From a virus, in the IMG/VR virus record IMGVR_UViG_3300010885_014887, positions 4,464 to 68,463 of that record: DNA of 64,000 nucleotides; one strand, given 5' to 3'. Positions 31,848-42,724 of the stretch are shown here, piece after piece. The translations under genes and the position numbers were made by a program. Position 1 is the stretch's first letter. Every line of letters begins with the position of its first letter. The notes below the pieces were generated by a model that ran no database searches, was not told the DNA's origin, and saw only the letters and a program-made list of their open reading frames with translations.

Positions 31848-33080
31848 ATGACAATGAGTAAGACTATTTGTGCTGTTCCGTGGATGCATCTAAATTTTGA
31901 ACCTAATGGTAAAGTAGTGCCATGTTGTTTAACAAGTTATCATAATTATTTTGCAGGTGATCTTAATAAAGAGTCTATTGAAGAAATTTGGAATAGTCAA
32001 AATATGAAAGATCTCCGCAAGGAGATGATAGCAGGAAATGAACCAAAGATATGCAGTACTTGCTTCGATAGAGAAAAAGTAACTGGAGAGAGCGGACGCA
32101 TCTATCAAAATAGAGAATTTAAAGATATAGTGGAAAAAATTCCAGATATCACTCTTGAAGATGGCACTTGTACTACTATGGATCTATTATATTGGGATTT
32201 TCGTTTTAGTAATCTATGTAATTTTAAATGTCGCAGTTGCGGTCCAAGATATAGTTCAGCATGGGTTTCTGATATTAAAAAATTAGGATGGAAGATGGAG
32301 GTGGAAAAGGTCACTAACATCGATTCTGTTGACGATGAGACTAATTTTGATTTTCTTAAAGATCAGATTAAGACAGTAAGAAAGATTTATTTTGCTGGAG
32401 GCGAACCTTTATTGATGCCAGAACATTGGCAGATATTAGAACTTTTAGTAGAGAACAAGAGATTTGATGTAAAATTAAATTATAATACTAATGCTTCTAA
32501 TTTAACATATGGTGGGAAGAATGTTTTAGATTATTGGAAACAATGGGAATATGGTAAGTTAGAAGTTTGGCCTAGTATTGACGAGATAGGAGATCGTGCC
32601 GAACTTATACGTTCAGGAACTGTCTGGTCTAAAGTAGAAGATAATCTAAAAGAAATTTCTAAGTTTGAAAATATCATTATACGTCCGGGAATTACAGTTG
32701 GTGCTTGGAATGTTAATAGATTACCTGAGATCATATATCATCTAGTTGATATTGGGGTCATTAGACCAACATTGAAGCATAAGAATTTCTTTTTAAATCT
32801 ATTATCTCATCCTACACATTATCACGTACATATATTATCTGATGATTATAGGAAATCTACGATTGAAAAATTAAAAAAATTTATGGTAGATTATGATAGA
32901 AATTATGGAACTAATATCGAGCCATTGTTTATTCACATTTTGCATGAACTTGAAAAACCATTTTCTCCTTCTGCTGCTAAAAAGTTTTTAGAAATTACAA
33001 AACAAATAGATACGATTCGTGATGAAGATATCTTTAGAGTTATTCCTGATTTAGAAGACATACGGAGAATAAATATATGA
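31848..33080 (+). CDS. Radical SAM protein with N-terminal twitch/SPASM-like domain
   Basis: CNFKCRSC motif, YFAGGEP, YNTN; N-terminal CAVPW...VPCC...IEEIWNS...CSTC. Confidence 0.9.
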   Translation: MTMSKTICAVPWMHLNFEPNGKVVPCCLTSYHNYFAGDLNKESIEEIWNSQNMKDLRKEMIAGNEPKICSTCFDREKVTGESGRIYQNREFKDIVEKIPDITLEDGTCTTMDLLYWDFRFSNLCNFKCRSCGPRYSSAWVSDIKKLGWKMEVEKVTNIDSVDDETNFDFLKDQIKTVRKIYFAGGEPLLMPEHWQILELLVENKRFDVKLNYNTNASNLTYGGKNVLDYWKQWEYGKLEVWPSIDEIGDRAELIRSGTVWSKVEDNLKEISKFENIIIRPGITVGAWNVNRLPEIIYHLVDIGVIRPTLKHKNFFLNLLSHPTHYHVHILSDDYRKSTIEKLKKFMVDYDRNYGTNIEPLFIHILHELEKPFSPSAAKKFLEITKQIDTIRDEDIFRVIPDLEDIRRINI

Positions 33081-34084
33081 TTAAGACGGATAAAGCATTA
33101 AAAGTAAATGCTATTAATTCTAAAAATAAAAATATGTTAGAATTAGAGTATGCGATACTGGATATTGATATATCTGATCGATGGATATCTCTTATTAATA
33201 AAAATAACGATCTTAAACGTACTTTAAGATATAATTATCGTAGAATTTTAACAGATTTAGAAGTTGAAGAAAAATTTCAAGATTTTAAAAATAACATTCT
33301 TTATATAAATGATCATTATGATAGGAAATTAACTGATATAATTTCTTTAGATTTCTTACATGGAAACCAAGATATATTAAATGATCTACATGAAGAATAT
33401 GAGATTTATGGAGATAGGCTAGCAGAATTAGTAAATGACAGATATTTTGATGATCCTATGAAGAGTGTATTTTTTAATCCTATCTGGCCCGGAATAAGAC
33501 AGAATAAAATTTTACACGAGGGATTTCTTTTATTAAACGAACAGATACATAATTTTGAAGCAATATTTCGTTCATATGGAAATAATAAAAGATTCTTATG
33601 CACTTGTTTGTTTGATTTTATGCCATCTGGCATACATGAAAATTTAAAACCAGAAGATTTTATGTTATTTTCTCCCGAGTCACAATGGGGATGGGCATAT
33701 TTAGGATATAACACTTTAGGAAAACATTGGGGTAGTGCGTGTCATGATAATGATATAGAAGCAGTAAAAAGAAAAGCCATTAGACCACAACAAAGATTTG
33801 CTGCTGAAACTTACTTGAATTTTAATTTAAATTCTGGAGGATATTCAACCCGTGTTAAATTATATAAATGGTGGTTAAAGAATAATTTCAGTGAAATACA
33901 TGATCCAAATATGAGATTGAATGAATTTTGTTTAGGATTTATTCCAATTGCAAAATTTACTGGTTATAAGATTAATAATCTCAATTGGACTACAATTGAT
34001 GAAAAAACCAATCAAGAAGAATGGAATGCTAGTGTTTGGAGTTTATTTGATACTATAGATTCTGTAGAGATAATTACTAGATGA
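33077..34084 (+). CDS. Hypothetical protein (His/Glu-rich helical motifs)
   Basis: 335-aa ORF with ATGA overlaps; LNDLHEEYE and LNEQIHNFE motifs. Confidence 0.55.
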   Translation: MIKTDKALKVNAINSKNKNMLELEYAILDIDISDRWISLINKNNDLKRTLRYNYRRILTDLEVEEKFQDFKNNILYINDHYDRKLTDIISLDFLHGNQDILNDLHEEYEIYGDRLAELVNDRYFDDPMKSVFFNPIWPGIRQNKILHEGFLLLNEQIHNFEAIFRSYGNNKRFLCTCLFDFMPSGIHENLKPEDFMLFSPESQWGWAYLGYNTLGKHWGSACHDNDIEAVKRKAIRPQQRFAAETYLNFNLNSGGYSTRVKLYKWWLKNNFSEIHDPNMRLNEFCLGFIPIAKFTGYKINNLNWTTIDEKTNQEEWNASVWSLFDTIDSVEIITR

Positions 34085-35028
34085 ACCAAGAAAAGATTAT
34101 AAGAGTAGAACAAAGTAAAGATAGTCCATTATACCTAACATGGATTATTAACAATATTTGTACTAATCAATGTAGTTATTGTCCAACATCACTTCATAAC
34201 GGAACAAATCATAATTACAGTTGGGATAATGCTAAAAAGTTTTTTAAATTGTTATTTGAAAGATATCCAAAAATTCATTGTTCAGTAGCAGGGGGGGAAC
34301 CAAGTGTTAGTCCATTTTTTCCAGAATTTGTAGAAATTTTTCGTAAAAATAATTCTACAATAGGGTTAACATCAAATGCTGCTAAAACTGTTAAGTATTG
34401 GGAAAGACTTGCCCCTGATTTACAATATATTTGTTTTAGTTGGCATTCGGAATTTATAGATAAAGATTTTGATGAAAAAGTAAAAGTTGCATCACAATAT
34501 ACTCCAGTAACTGTTAGGATAATGATGCATCCTGCTCACTGGGAAAAATGTGTAGAAAAGTTTAATAGTTATAAAAAACAAAATTCTGTTTTCTTTGAAG
34601 CTGTCCGTATACATTATTGGGGCGGCGGCTCTGATCTAAATGCGTCTATATATACTGATGATCAGTTACAATGGTTTAAAGAAAATGATAATGATAAATT
34701 TAAATTTATAATACCTAATTATAATAAACCTCCGTTAATTATGAAATCAATTTTTTATTTTAATAATGGAGAAGTTATTGAATACGGTAACACTGTGAAA
34801 TATATTAATAATGGTCTTACTAATTTTAATGGGTATAATTGTGCTATTGGTCTCAGATCATTATTTATTGATTATCAGGGACAAATTCAGAGAGGAAATT
34901 GTTCAGTTGGTGGATATATTGGAAATATTAACGATTCGGATAATATTCAATGGCCTACTGAACCTGTAAAATGCAATATAAATCTTTGTCATTGTACAAC
35001 AGATGTTGAGATTGAAAAATGGATTTAG
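34081..35028 (+). CDS. Radical SAM protein with C-terminal Cys cluster
   Basis: CTNQCSYC, VAGGEP, LTSN; C-terminal CAIG...GNC...CNINLCHC. Confidence 0.9.
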   Translation: MNQEKIIRVEQSKDSPLYLTWIINNICTNQCSYCPTSLHNGTNHNYSWDNAKKFFKLLFERYPKIHCSVAGGEPSVSPFFPEFVEIFRKNNSTIGLTSNAAKTVKYWERLAPDLQYICFSWHSEFIDKDFDEKVKVASQYTPVTVRIMMHPAHWEKCVEKFNSYKKQNSVFFEAVRIHYWGGGSDLNASIYTDDQLQWFKENDNDKFKFIIPNYNKPPLIMKSIFYFNNGEVIEYGNTVKYINNGLTNFNGYNCAIGLRSLFIDYQGQIQRGNCSVGGYIGNINDSDNIQWPTEPVKCNINLCHCTTDVEIEKWI

Positions 35029-35684
35029 ATTTTCCAAAAGAATTAATGGAATTTTATGAAGCAAATAAATCGTTTTCGTCTCCTGTACACGATAATGTTA
35101 TATCGTCACGAGACGATATAAATTGCGCATATTATCCTATAAAGTTTAATTTTGATACAGAATTACTTTTAGAAGAATGTAAGAGCGTAGATCATTTATA
35201 TTTTAATCATAGAAACCAAGATAAGAAAAAAGGATATGGTCATCGAGGTTGGCAGAGTCTTACATTGCATGGAATAGACAAACATAAGACAGAACATTTT
35301 ATTAGATATGGATTTAATACACTAGAAGAAGCAAATTATCATTGGACTGATGTATGTGAAAATGTTCCTAACCTTTATAAATTTTTGAGTAGTCTTCCTT
35401 ATAAAATATTTGATCGTGTTAGGATTATGCGATTAGCACCATATGGTTATATAATGCCTCATACTGATGGAAATGGTCGGATATTCAGTCCATTGAATAT
35501 CGCTATAAATAATCCCGATAATTGTCATTTTGTTTTTAAAGACAAAGGAATAGTACCTTTTGTTGCTGGCACTGGAATGATTATTGATGTAGCACAGGAA
35601 CATATTGTTATTAATCAGAGCGACGAACCAAGATATCATATTATAGTTCATGGACATCAATCAAGTGAGTTTACAAAATTATGA
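35019..35684 (+). CDS. Fe(II)/2-oxoglutarate oxygenase (Asp/Asn beta-hydroxylase-like)
   Basis: RVRIMRLAPYGYIMPHTD...LNIAINNP...EHIVINQSDEPRYHII (HxD...H triad plus Arg). Confidence 0.8.
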   Translation: MDLDFPKELMEFYEANKSFSSPVHDNVISSRDDINCAYYPIKFNFDTELLLEECKSVDHLYFNHRNQDKKKGYGHRGWQSLTLHGIDKHKTEHFIRYGFNTLEEANYHWTDVCENVPNLYKFLSSLPYKIFDRVRIMRLAPYGYIMPHTDGNGRIFSPLNIAINNPDNCHFVFKDKGIVPFVAGTGMIIDVAQEHIVINQSDEPRYHIIVHGHQSSEFTKL

Positions 35685-37027
35685 TGAATAAAGTTTATTT
35701 TGAAAACAAACCATTACATGGTAAATCTGTAGTTTTTGCTATCGTAGACCAAGCCAACGTCAAAATGAAGCATTTTAATCTTTATGAAAAAATGTTAGAT
35801 ATAACAAAATTTTATACTAATAAATTCCAATCGATAGTTGATTGTGAAATTTTATATTTTGATAATATAGATCAAGCATTGAATTCTTGTGATGAAACTG
35901 ATATCATGATAATTCAATCTATTAGTAATCATATATTTTCAAATGTATTTGTAGAATATATTGATGATTATATTAAAGAAAATCCTGAATTCTTCTTAAT
36001 TGGATTTACCCTAGATTGGCAAGATGATCGTTGGCTTGAACTACATAATCAGATGATAGTCATGAATATGAATAAATGGAAAGAATTAGGTAGACCTTCG
36101 TATGGTGGTTGGGAAAAGAAAGAAGAATCTTTACCTAATTACACTCGTTCTATTGAAAATTTTCATGATCATTATACTCCGTATTGGATCAAAGGTGAAC
36201 CTGGAAATACTTTATGTAGACACGGACGCCAAGGTTGGAATATTCTCAAAACAGCCTTAGAAGCAGGAATAAAGATTGATAATTTTACCCAAGAAATGCG
36301 AGATTGTAGATTATATCTATATCCAGAAGCAGATAGTGAAACATTTTGGAATTGTATACAGGCAAAGCAACCGATAGATGATATGAATCCAAATCAAAAA
36401 AAATGGATTAAAAGTTTTACCCAACCCTCGAAACAAATATGGGTTTACAATAGCGAACGCTATAGTTTTCCACATAAAGTTGAGAATTTAAAGACCTATA
36501 TCGGCCCTTGTGCTGGTTTTAAATTTTTAGATGTTTTAAAATATTCTGATAATGTAGAATTTGTCTTTTATGATTTTAATATTAAATCTATTGAATGGCT
36601 TCAATTTCTTAGAGAAACATGGGACGGTAGAGAATTTTTAAGATTTATTAAACGGCAAGAAGAATGGAAAAAAATTTACAAATTTATTAATAAAGATATC
36701 AATGACAATCAAAGAATATTATTAGAAGAATTTGGTGGTGAAGAACAGTTGTATAATCTTTGGCAAAAATTTTTAAAATGTAAAGTTACTTTTACGGTTG
36801 CTAATCTTTACGAAAAAGAGTCATTAGAAATTTTATCTAACTATGTATCTGGAAAAACTTTATTTTATTATAGCAATATATTTGCTACAGATTATATGAT
36901 TAGGCATCATATGCTAACTGAAATTATTACTAGTCATAATAAAGTTATAGATATATTTTTATCTAAAAAGAATGTAATATTATACGGAACTAACCCTCTT
37001 TCAGAATGGAAAATACATCAAGGATAA
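35681..37027 (+). CDS. Hypothetical two-domain protein (possible transferase)
   Basis: 448-aa ORF; the C-terminal half has Rossmann-like YIGPCAGF...FVFYDFN elements. Confidence 0.5.
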   Translation: MMNKVYFENKPLHGKSVVFAIVDQANVKMKHFNLYEKMLDITKFYTNKFQSIVDCEILYFDNIDQALNSCDETDIMIIQSISNHIFSNVFVEYIDDYIKENPEFFLIGFTLDWQDDRWLELHNQMIVMNMNKWKELGRPSYGGWEKKEESLPNYTRSIENFHDHYTPYWIKGEPGNTLCRHGRQGWNILKTALEAGIKIDNFTQEMRDCRLYLYPEADSETFWNCIQAKQPIDDMNPNQKKWIKSFTQPSKQIWVYNSERYSFPHKVENLKTYIGPCAGFKFLDVLKYSDNVEFVFYDFNIKSIEWLQFLRETWDGREFLRFIKRQEEWKKIYKFINKDINDNQRILLEEFGGEEQLYNLWQKFLKCKVTFTVANLYEKESLEILSNYVSGKTLFYYSNIFATDYMIRHHMLTEIITSHNKVIDIFLSKKNVILYGTNPLSEWKIHQG

Positions 37028-37033
37028 TTTAAA

Positions 37034-37837
37034 ATGACAAAAATTCTAATTTATGGTGACAGTTTTTCTTCTTGTGAAAATTCCTTTTGTTGGTCATTTT
37101 TTTTAAAAGATCAATATAATGTAGAAGTAAGAAACAAGGCAATTAGTGGATCTAGTACTGAAAATGCTATGATTGAATTTGAATCTTCTATTAGAAATAA
37201 TGAAATAAATGATGGAGATACTATTATATTCCAACTTAGTACACCTGGTAGATTTTATTTAAAAATACAGCGTGATTACCCTGAAACTGCTTCGTTATTT
37301 TATCACCCAGTTTCTCCTACTCATTATAAATACCAATGGTGGAAAGAAAATAAAAATCATATTGATTGGTATTTAGGTAATTTTGATAATCATGTTAACA
37401 TTATAAATCATGAATGTTATATACATGTTATGAAGAATTATGCTGAATCTTTTCCTAATCAAAAAGTAATGGTTTTACAAAATACTTCTCAGGATATAAA
37501 ATTTCCAATTTCACGAACACTATCAAATTTCTATATGCCTAATATAGATTTAAATAAAATTGCCGAAAACGAAATAATAGATTTTAAATCATATAACGAT
37601 TGGTCAAAATATACCGGATGGGATTTTAGAGAAAATCATTTGTCTATTCCAAATAGACAAATATTAGTTAATTTAATCTATGAAAGTTTACAGACAGGAA
37701 ACACTGATAATTTTACTTATGATAGATTTCAAAAAAATATCTTTAGAAGAATGGAAAATTTAGATCAATACTTGCATTATGTTACTAATGGTTATTTAAA
37801 TGATGATCCTAGAAAAAGATCATCTTTTCAAAAATAA
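37034..37837 (+). CDS. SGNH/GDSL-like hydrolase or acyltransferase
   Basis: ILIYGDSFS (block I), NKAISGSS (block II), late ENH. Confidence 0.65.
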   Translation: MTKILIYGDSFSSCENSFCWSFFLKDQYNVEVRNKAISGSSTENAMIEFESSIRNNEINDGDTIIFQLSTPGRFYLKIQRDYPETASLFYHPVSPTHYKYQWWKENKNHIDWYLGNFDNHVNIINHECYIHVMKNYAESFPNQKVMVLQNTSQDIKFPISRTLSNFYMPNIDLNKIAENEIIDFKSYNDWSKYTGWDFRENHLSIPNRQILVNLIYESLQTGNTDNFTYDRFQKNIFRRMENLDQYLHYVTNGYLNDDPRKRSSFQK

Positions 37838-37859
37838 ATCTTAATTAGAAAGATTACAA

Positions 37860-38537
37860 ATGTATGATATAATTTTTATCAGTTACAATGAGCCTAATGC
37901 TGAAGAAAATTGGCAAAAATTAAAAGATAGATTTCCTATGGCTAAACGTGTAACTGGTATCAAAGGAATACATCAATCCCATATAGTTGCTGCTAAAAAA
38001 AGTTTTACTAAAATGTTTTGGGTAGTTGATGGTGATGCTATTATTAAAGATGAATTTAAATTTGATCACATTGTATCAGAATGGGATCTAAATACAGTTC
38101 ATGTTTGGCGTAGTGAAAATCCTGTAAATGGATTAATATATGGCTACGGTGGAGTTAAACTTCTACCTACTAATTTAACTAAGAAAATGGACATATCTAA
38201 AACTGATATGACTACTAGCATTAGCAGTAGATTCAAGATAGCTAATGCGGTCTCAAATATAACAAATTTTAATACTGACCCATTTAATACTTGGAGATCG
38301 GCATTTCGTGAGTGTGTAAAATTGTCAAGTAATACTATAGATAGATATAATCTTAAAGATAATAAGGAAAGATTAGAGATATGGTGTACTGTTGGATCTG
38401 AAAAACCTTTTGGAAAATATGCTATACAGGGTGCTAATCAAGGTAAAGAATATGGTATTGCCAATACAGGGAATGTTGAGATGTTATCTAAGATTAATGA
38501 TTGGGAATGGTTAACAAATGAATTTAACAAACTCTAA
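37860..38537 (+). CDS. Glycosyltransferase-like protein (GT-A, DxD)
   Basis: IFISYNEPNA...GIKGIHQSH...FWVVDGDA...NGLIYGYGGVK...TWRSAFRECVK; paralogue of 30971-31846. Confidence 0.6.
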   Translation: MYDIIFISYNEPNAEENWQKLKDRFPMAKRVTGIKGIHQSHIVAAKKSFTKMFWVVDGDAIIKDEFKFDHIVSEWDLNTVHVWRSENPVNGLIYGYGGVKLLPTNLTKKMDISKTDMTTSISSRFKIANAVSNITNFNTDPFNTWRSAFRECVKLSSNTIDRYNLKDNKERLEIWCTVGSEKPFGKYAIQGANQGKEYGIANTGNVEMLSKINDWEWLTNEFNKL

Positions 38538-39513
38538 TTTTCAAAATATTCCTTGGAATGATATAACTAGTTTTGGACAAAAAACTATGTTAAATAATCC
38601 TTTATTTTCTGTTAGTTGGATATTAGGAAGATTCTGTAATTATAATTGTTCTTATTGCTGGCCATATGCTCGTAGTGATAAAGTTGATCACTATAATCTT
38701 GATTTATATAAAACAACTATAGACGAGATTAAAAAACAAGCAAGATCTAACGGATTTACAGATTTTCATTTTAGTTTTAGTGGCGGAGAACCGACTGCTT
38801 ATAAAGATTTTTTAAATTTAATAGATCACTATGCTAGTGATACTGATTCTAAGTATCAAAGTTTCCATATGACTAGTAATTGTAGTCCGGGATTAAAATG
38901 GTGGAAAAGATTAGTTAGTAAGTTGTCTCTTTTAGATAGAGCCAGTGTTACTGCTAGTTTTCATGCAGAATTTGCTAACGAAATAGAATTTAGTGAAAAA
39001 TTATTATTTCTTCTTGATAATCAAATACATGTAACTATTAATCAAGTAATGGTTCCTGATCAATTTTACGAATATTATGATCGGTGTAAACGGTTTCATG
39101 ATCGTGGTATATCTGTAACCTTAAAACCTCAAAGTAATGATACAGCTACTGAAATAGTTAATGGATATACAAAAGAAATGATAGACATTATGCAGACTGG
39201 ATTTCCTCAACATGTTAAGCATGATGCTGTTTATCAGATCGAATTAACAGATTTCAACGGAAATAAATATGAATTTGATCAAGCTGAAAGATTTAATGCA
39301 TTTGGATTTAATAGATTTAAAGGATGGAGTTGTAATAGTGGTTATCAAAGCATAATAATTAGAGGTAATGAAGTAAAAAGATCATATAGTTGTCATGACA
39401 ATATATTAGGTACAATAAATGATAGATTTATATTATTTGATTCTCCTAAATCCTGTATAACTACTAGTTGTATTAGTAGTGCAGATTCAAAGGTACCAAA
39501 ATGGAAATTATAG
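38518..39513 (+). CDS. Radical SAM protein with C-terminal Cys cluster
   Basis: CNYNCSYC, FSGGEP, MTSN; FKGWSCNSG...SC...CITTSC. Confidence 0.9.
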   Translation: MNLTNSNFQNIPWNDITSFGQKTMLNNPLFSVSWILGRFCNYNCSYCWPYARSDKVDHYNLDLYKTTIDEIKKQARSNGFTDFHFSFSGGEPTAYKDFLNLIDHYASDTDSKYQSFHMTSNCSPGLKWWKRLVSKLSLLDRASVTASFHAEFANEIEFSEKLLFLLDNQIHVTINQVMVPDQFYEYYDRCKRFHDRGISVTLKPQSNDTATEIVNGYTKEMIDIMQTGFPQHVKHDAVYQIELTDFNGNKYEFDQAERFNAFGFNRFKGWSCNSGYQSIIIRGNEVKRSYSCHDNILGTINDRFILFDSPKSCITTSCISSADSKVPKWKL

Positions 39514-40478
39514 AAATTAAACAAAATTGGCCAAGTGATAGACTGCTAATAAATTATGCAATACATAATGTTTGTAATTATAGATGCCAATATTGTTTTA
39601 AAGGATCTAATGAAGGAACATATCGTTGGCCTAATCTTGAATTAGTAACGTCAAATCTATTGTATCTTATTGAATATTATAGGAAAAATTTAGGAAAAAC
39701 ACAAATGCAATTAAACTTATTAGGCGGGGAACCAACATTGTGGCCTGAATTATCTTTGTTTGTAGAAAGATTAAAAGATAAATTAGGAAATAAGATCTCA
39801 ATAATGATTACTACTAATGGATCACGTTCGGAAAAATGGTGGGAACGAAATGGATATTTGTTTGATCATGTATTAATTAGTTGCCATCCGGAATTTGTTA
39901 ATACAGCACATATAATAAATGTAGCAGATTTATTATATGAAAAAAAAGTTCATGTTGATACAAGTGTCTTAATGGATGTAATGTATTGGGATAGGGCTGT
40001 TAATATAATTAAAGAATTAAAATCTAGCAAAAGACGATGGAGTATTATTGCTTCTCAAGTCATTTATGACACGCCAAAATATTCTTTAGAACAAGAGGAA
40101 TTTTTAAAAAAATATCTCAAAAGAATGCCTAATTTATTTTGGTTTTATAGAGTTAATAAAGAACATAATTATAAAGTATCTATTATTGATAAAAATCATA
40201 AAGTAACAAATGTAAAGAAAAATTATTTACTAATACATAATTTAAACTATTTTCAAGGATGGGATTGTGATATTGGTATTGATAATATTAGTATACAATT
40301 TACAGGAGATTTAACAGGCTCATGCGGAGAATTTTTATATAAATTAGATATTCCATATAATTTATATGATATTGATTTTGCACTTAAATTTAATCCTAAA
40401 TTAATATCTACAACATGTAAAAAAATAGGATGTTTTTGCGAACATGAATATAATACTAATAAAAGAAAAACGGAATAA
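39501..40478 (+). CDS. Radical SAM protein with C-terminal Cys cluster
   Basis: CNYRCQYC, LLGGEP, ITTNGS; FQGWDCDIG...GSC...CKKIGCFC. Confidence 0.9.
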   Translation: MEIIEIKQNWPSDRLLINYAIHNVCNYRCQYCFKGSNEGTYRWPNLELVTSNLLYLIEYYRKNLGKTQMQLNLLGGEPTLWPELSLFVERLKDKLGNKISIMITTNGSRSEKWWERNGYLFDHVLISCHPEFVNTAHIINVADLLYEKKVHVDTSVLMDVMYWDRAVNIIKELKSSKRRWSIIASQVIYDTPKYSLEQEEFLKKYLKRMPNLFWFYRVNKEHNYKVSIIDKNHKVTNVKKNYLLIHNLNYFQGWDCDIGIDNISIQFTGDLTGSCGEFLYKLDIPYNLYDIDFALKFNPKLISTTCKKIGCFCEHEYNTNKRKTE

Positions 40479-40490
40479 ACTGTAAATTTC

Positions 40491-41099
40491 ATGATAGTTG
40501 ATATAGATCATATTTTATATTGGATGGATGCTATTCGTAATAGTGATGACAAATCTAGAACCTTAGAAAGTTTTTGGAAAGGTCAAATACATAGCAAGAT
40601 TTGGTTAATAGATAAAATTATATCATATGTACCTCTAAAATCTATTAAGATAGTAATACATGGAGGATGGAATGGTGTATTATCTAGTCTTTTATTCCAA
40701 TCAAATATCAAAGTTGATAAAATAACCTCTATAGATATTGATCCTTCTTGTGAAGAAATAGCCAATACTATGAATAAAATAGAAAAAAAAGAACGTAGAT
40801 TTCAAGCAATAACTTGTAATATGGTAGATTATGATTATAGTTTTTTTCCAGATATTGTTATTAATACTAGTTGTGAACATATAGATCAAGAAACATATGA
40901 AAAATGGTTAAAAAAAATACCTAATGGATCCATTATTGTATTACAAAGTAATAATTATTTTGAATTAGATGAACATGTAAGATGCAGTAAAGATTTAAAT
41001 GATTTTAAAGAACAGAGTAATATTAAAGTAATAGATTCTTCTATATTAGAATTATCAAAATATAATAGATTTATGTTAATAGGATATAAAAATGTTTAA
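40491..41099 (+). CDS. Class I SAM-dependent methyltransferase-like protein
   Basis: VIHGGWNG (motif I), SIDIDP (motif II), DIVINTSCEH. Confidence 0.75.
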   Translation: MIVDIDHILYWMDAIRNSDDKSRTLESFWKGQIHSKIWLIDKIISYVPLKSIKIVIHGGWNGVLSSLLFQSNIKVDKITSIDIDPSCEEIANTMNKIEKKERRFQAITCNMVDYDYSFFPDIVINTSCEHIDQETYEKWLKKIPNGSIIVLQSNNYFELDEHVRCSKDLNDFKEQSNIKVIDSSILELSKYNRFMLIGYKNV

Positions 41100-42177
41100 A
41101 TTTAAAGAATTAAAAATTATTCACTTAGAAATTACCAATAACTGTCAAGCAAAATGTCCTATGTGTTCTAGAAATTTTCATAGCGGATTACAAAATCCAC
41201 TATTAAAATTAAATGGATGGACCTTATCTGATTTTAAAAAAATTATGTCAGTTGAAGTTCTTAATACGATTGAATTTATTTACTTTTGTGGAAATTTTGG
41301 TGATCCTATTTTAAACAATGATCTCATAAAAATGTGCGAGTATGTTAAGTCTATAAATCCAAATTTAACTATCTCAATACATACTAATGGTGGAGCTAGA
41401 AAAGCATCTTGGTGGAAAGAACTATTCCATGCCTTACCTAAAAATCATAACATTCATTTTGCTATAGATGGATTGGAAGATACACATCATCTATATAGAG
41501 TAGGAACAACATATAATGATGTTATTGAAAATGCTTCATCTTTTATTAATGAGGGAGGTATAGCAGAATGGACTTTTTTAAAATTCAAACATAACGAACA
41601 TCAAGTAGAAGAATGTAGATCAATAGCTAAATCTTTAGGATTTAAAAAATTTGCCTTAAAAAATAGTTCTAGATTTTTAGGAGATCCAAAATTTAAAGTT
41701 TTAGATAAAAATGGTAATATTACACATTTTATTGAACCACCAAGTGAATCGCCATTGTCTCTTATTACTACAGATATAATTAATTCTTATAAAGAATTAG
41801 TTCAAGAAGCTGATATACAATGTATAGTTAAAGAAAAAAAAGAAATTTATATTGATGCTCATAAAAAACTTATGCCATGCTGTTGGGTGTCTTCAATTCC
41901 GTCAACATACAATGAACCAACTGGTGTTATTCCTGAATTTCTTGATAAGGAAATGAAAGATCAATATGCAAATCTCATAAAGGACTTAAAAGGAGAGAAG
42001 TTTTTAGATGCTAGATTAGGTATAAGGAAAATAATTGATACAGAAGAATGGCAGAATGTTTGGAAAAAATATTGGAATGAGGAAAAGATGATTACGTGTG
42101 CTAGAATATGTGGAAAGTTTAAAGAAGTTACAATTTCTCAGCCCAATGATCAATTTATAGAGACTGATTTTTATTAA
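41092..42177 (+). CDS. Radical SAM/SPASM-like protein
   Basis: CQAKCPMC, FCGNFGDP, HTNGG, FAIDGLEDTH; C-terminal C...PCC...CARIC. Confidence 0.9.
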   Translation: MFKFKELKIIHLEITNNCQAKCPMCSRNFHSGLQNPLLKLNGWTLSDFKKIMSVEVLNTIEFIYFCGNFGDPILNNDLIKMCEYVKSINPNLTISIHTNGGARKASWWKELFHALPKNHNIHFAIDGLEDTHHLYRVGTTYNDVIENASSFINEGGIAEWTFLKFKHNEHQVEECRSIAKSLGFKKFALKNSSRFLGDPKFKVLDKNGNITHFIEPPSESPLSLITTDIINSYKELVQEADIQCIVKEKKEIYIDAHKKLMPCCWVSSIPSTYNEPTGVIPEFLDKEMKDQYANLIKDLKGEKFLDARLGIRKIIDTEEWQNVWKKYWNEEKMITCARICGKFKEVTISQPNDQFIETDFY

Positions 42178-42724
42178 ATGTTAGTATAGTTTCTTTAATA
42201 CTATTATTATTATTAAATTTTCCACAGATAATCGAACAAATTGGATTTTTCCCAGAATTCATTGATTTGTTCCAAGAATTTTTTATTTTTGTAAAAGTAG
42301 TTGATTGTATTATATCTTTTATGTCATTTTTATGTAGATCAATTTCGTCTTTATTAATTGACTGGTTAGCATGTTTAACCCAGTCATATCCCTTAGGTAA
42401 AAAATCATCTGGAATTTGCATTAATCCAGCAGTATGACAACATGGATATACTAGCCCTTCAGCAGATATGTATATATGACTAATCTGTATTGAGAAGCAA
42501 TCTATGTTAGTTAAATTTAAATAATTTTCAACTGAGATCATATCATTGAAATCTAAATTAAATCCAGAGTAAGTATAATCTGGATTTGTACTATTCTCTA
42601 CTTTATTTTTTTTATTTTGTGGTTGATTTATTAAATTTCTATGAGATTTTTTTATAAAGAAATTATTGAATCCTAAGGATTTAGATATTGATCTACATTC
42701 TTCTATTTGATGTTCGTTATGTTT
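41587..42724. repeat. 56-bp inverted repeat pair (41587-41642 / 42669-42724; 3 mismatches) inside convergent radical SAM paralogues
   Basis: aaacataacgaacatcaa[g/a]tagaagaatgtagatcaata[g/t]ctaaatc[t/c]ttaggatt is present on the + strand and on the - strand. Confidence 0.85.

Noticed and set aside
39501-40478. Viperin-like antiviral enzyme
   Set aside because: The N-terminus (INY...CNYRCQYCF) is superficially similar, but the Cys-rich C-terminus groups it with four local paralogues rather than viperins.
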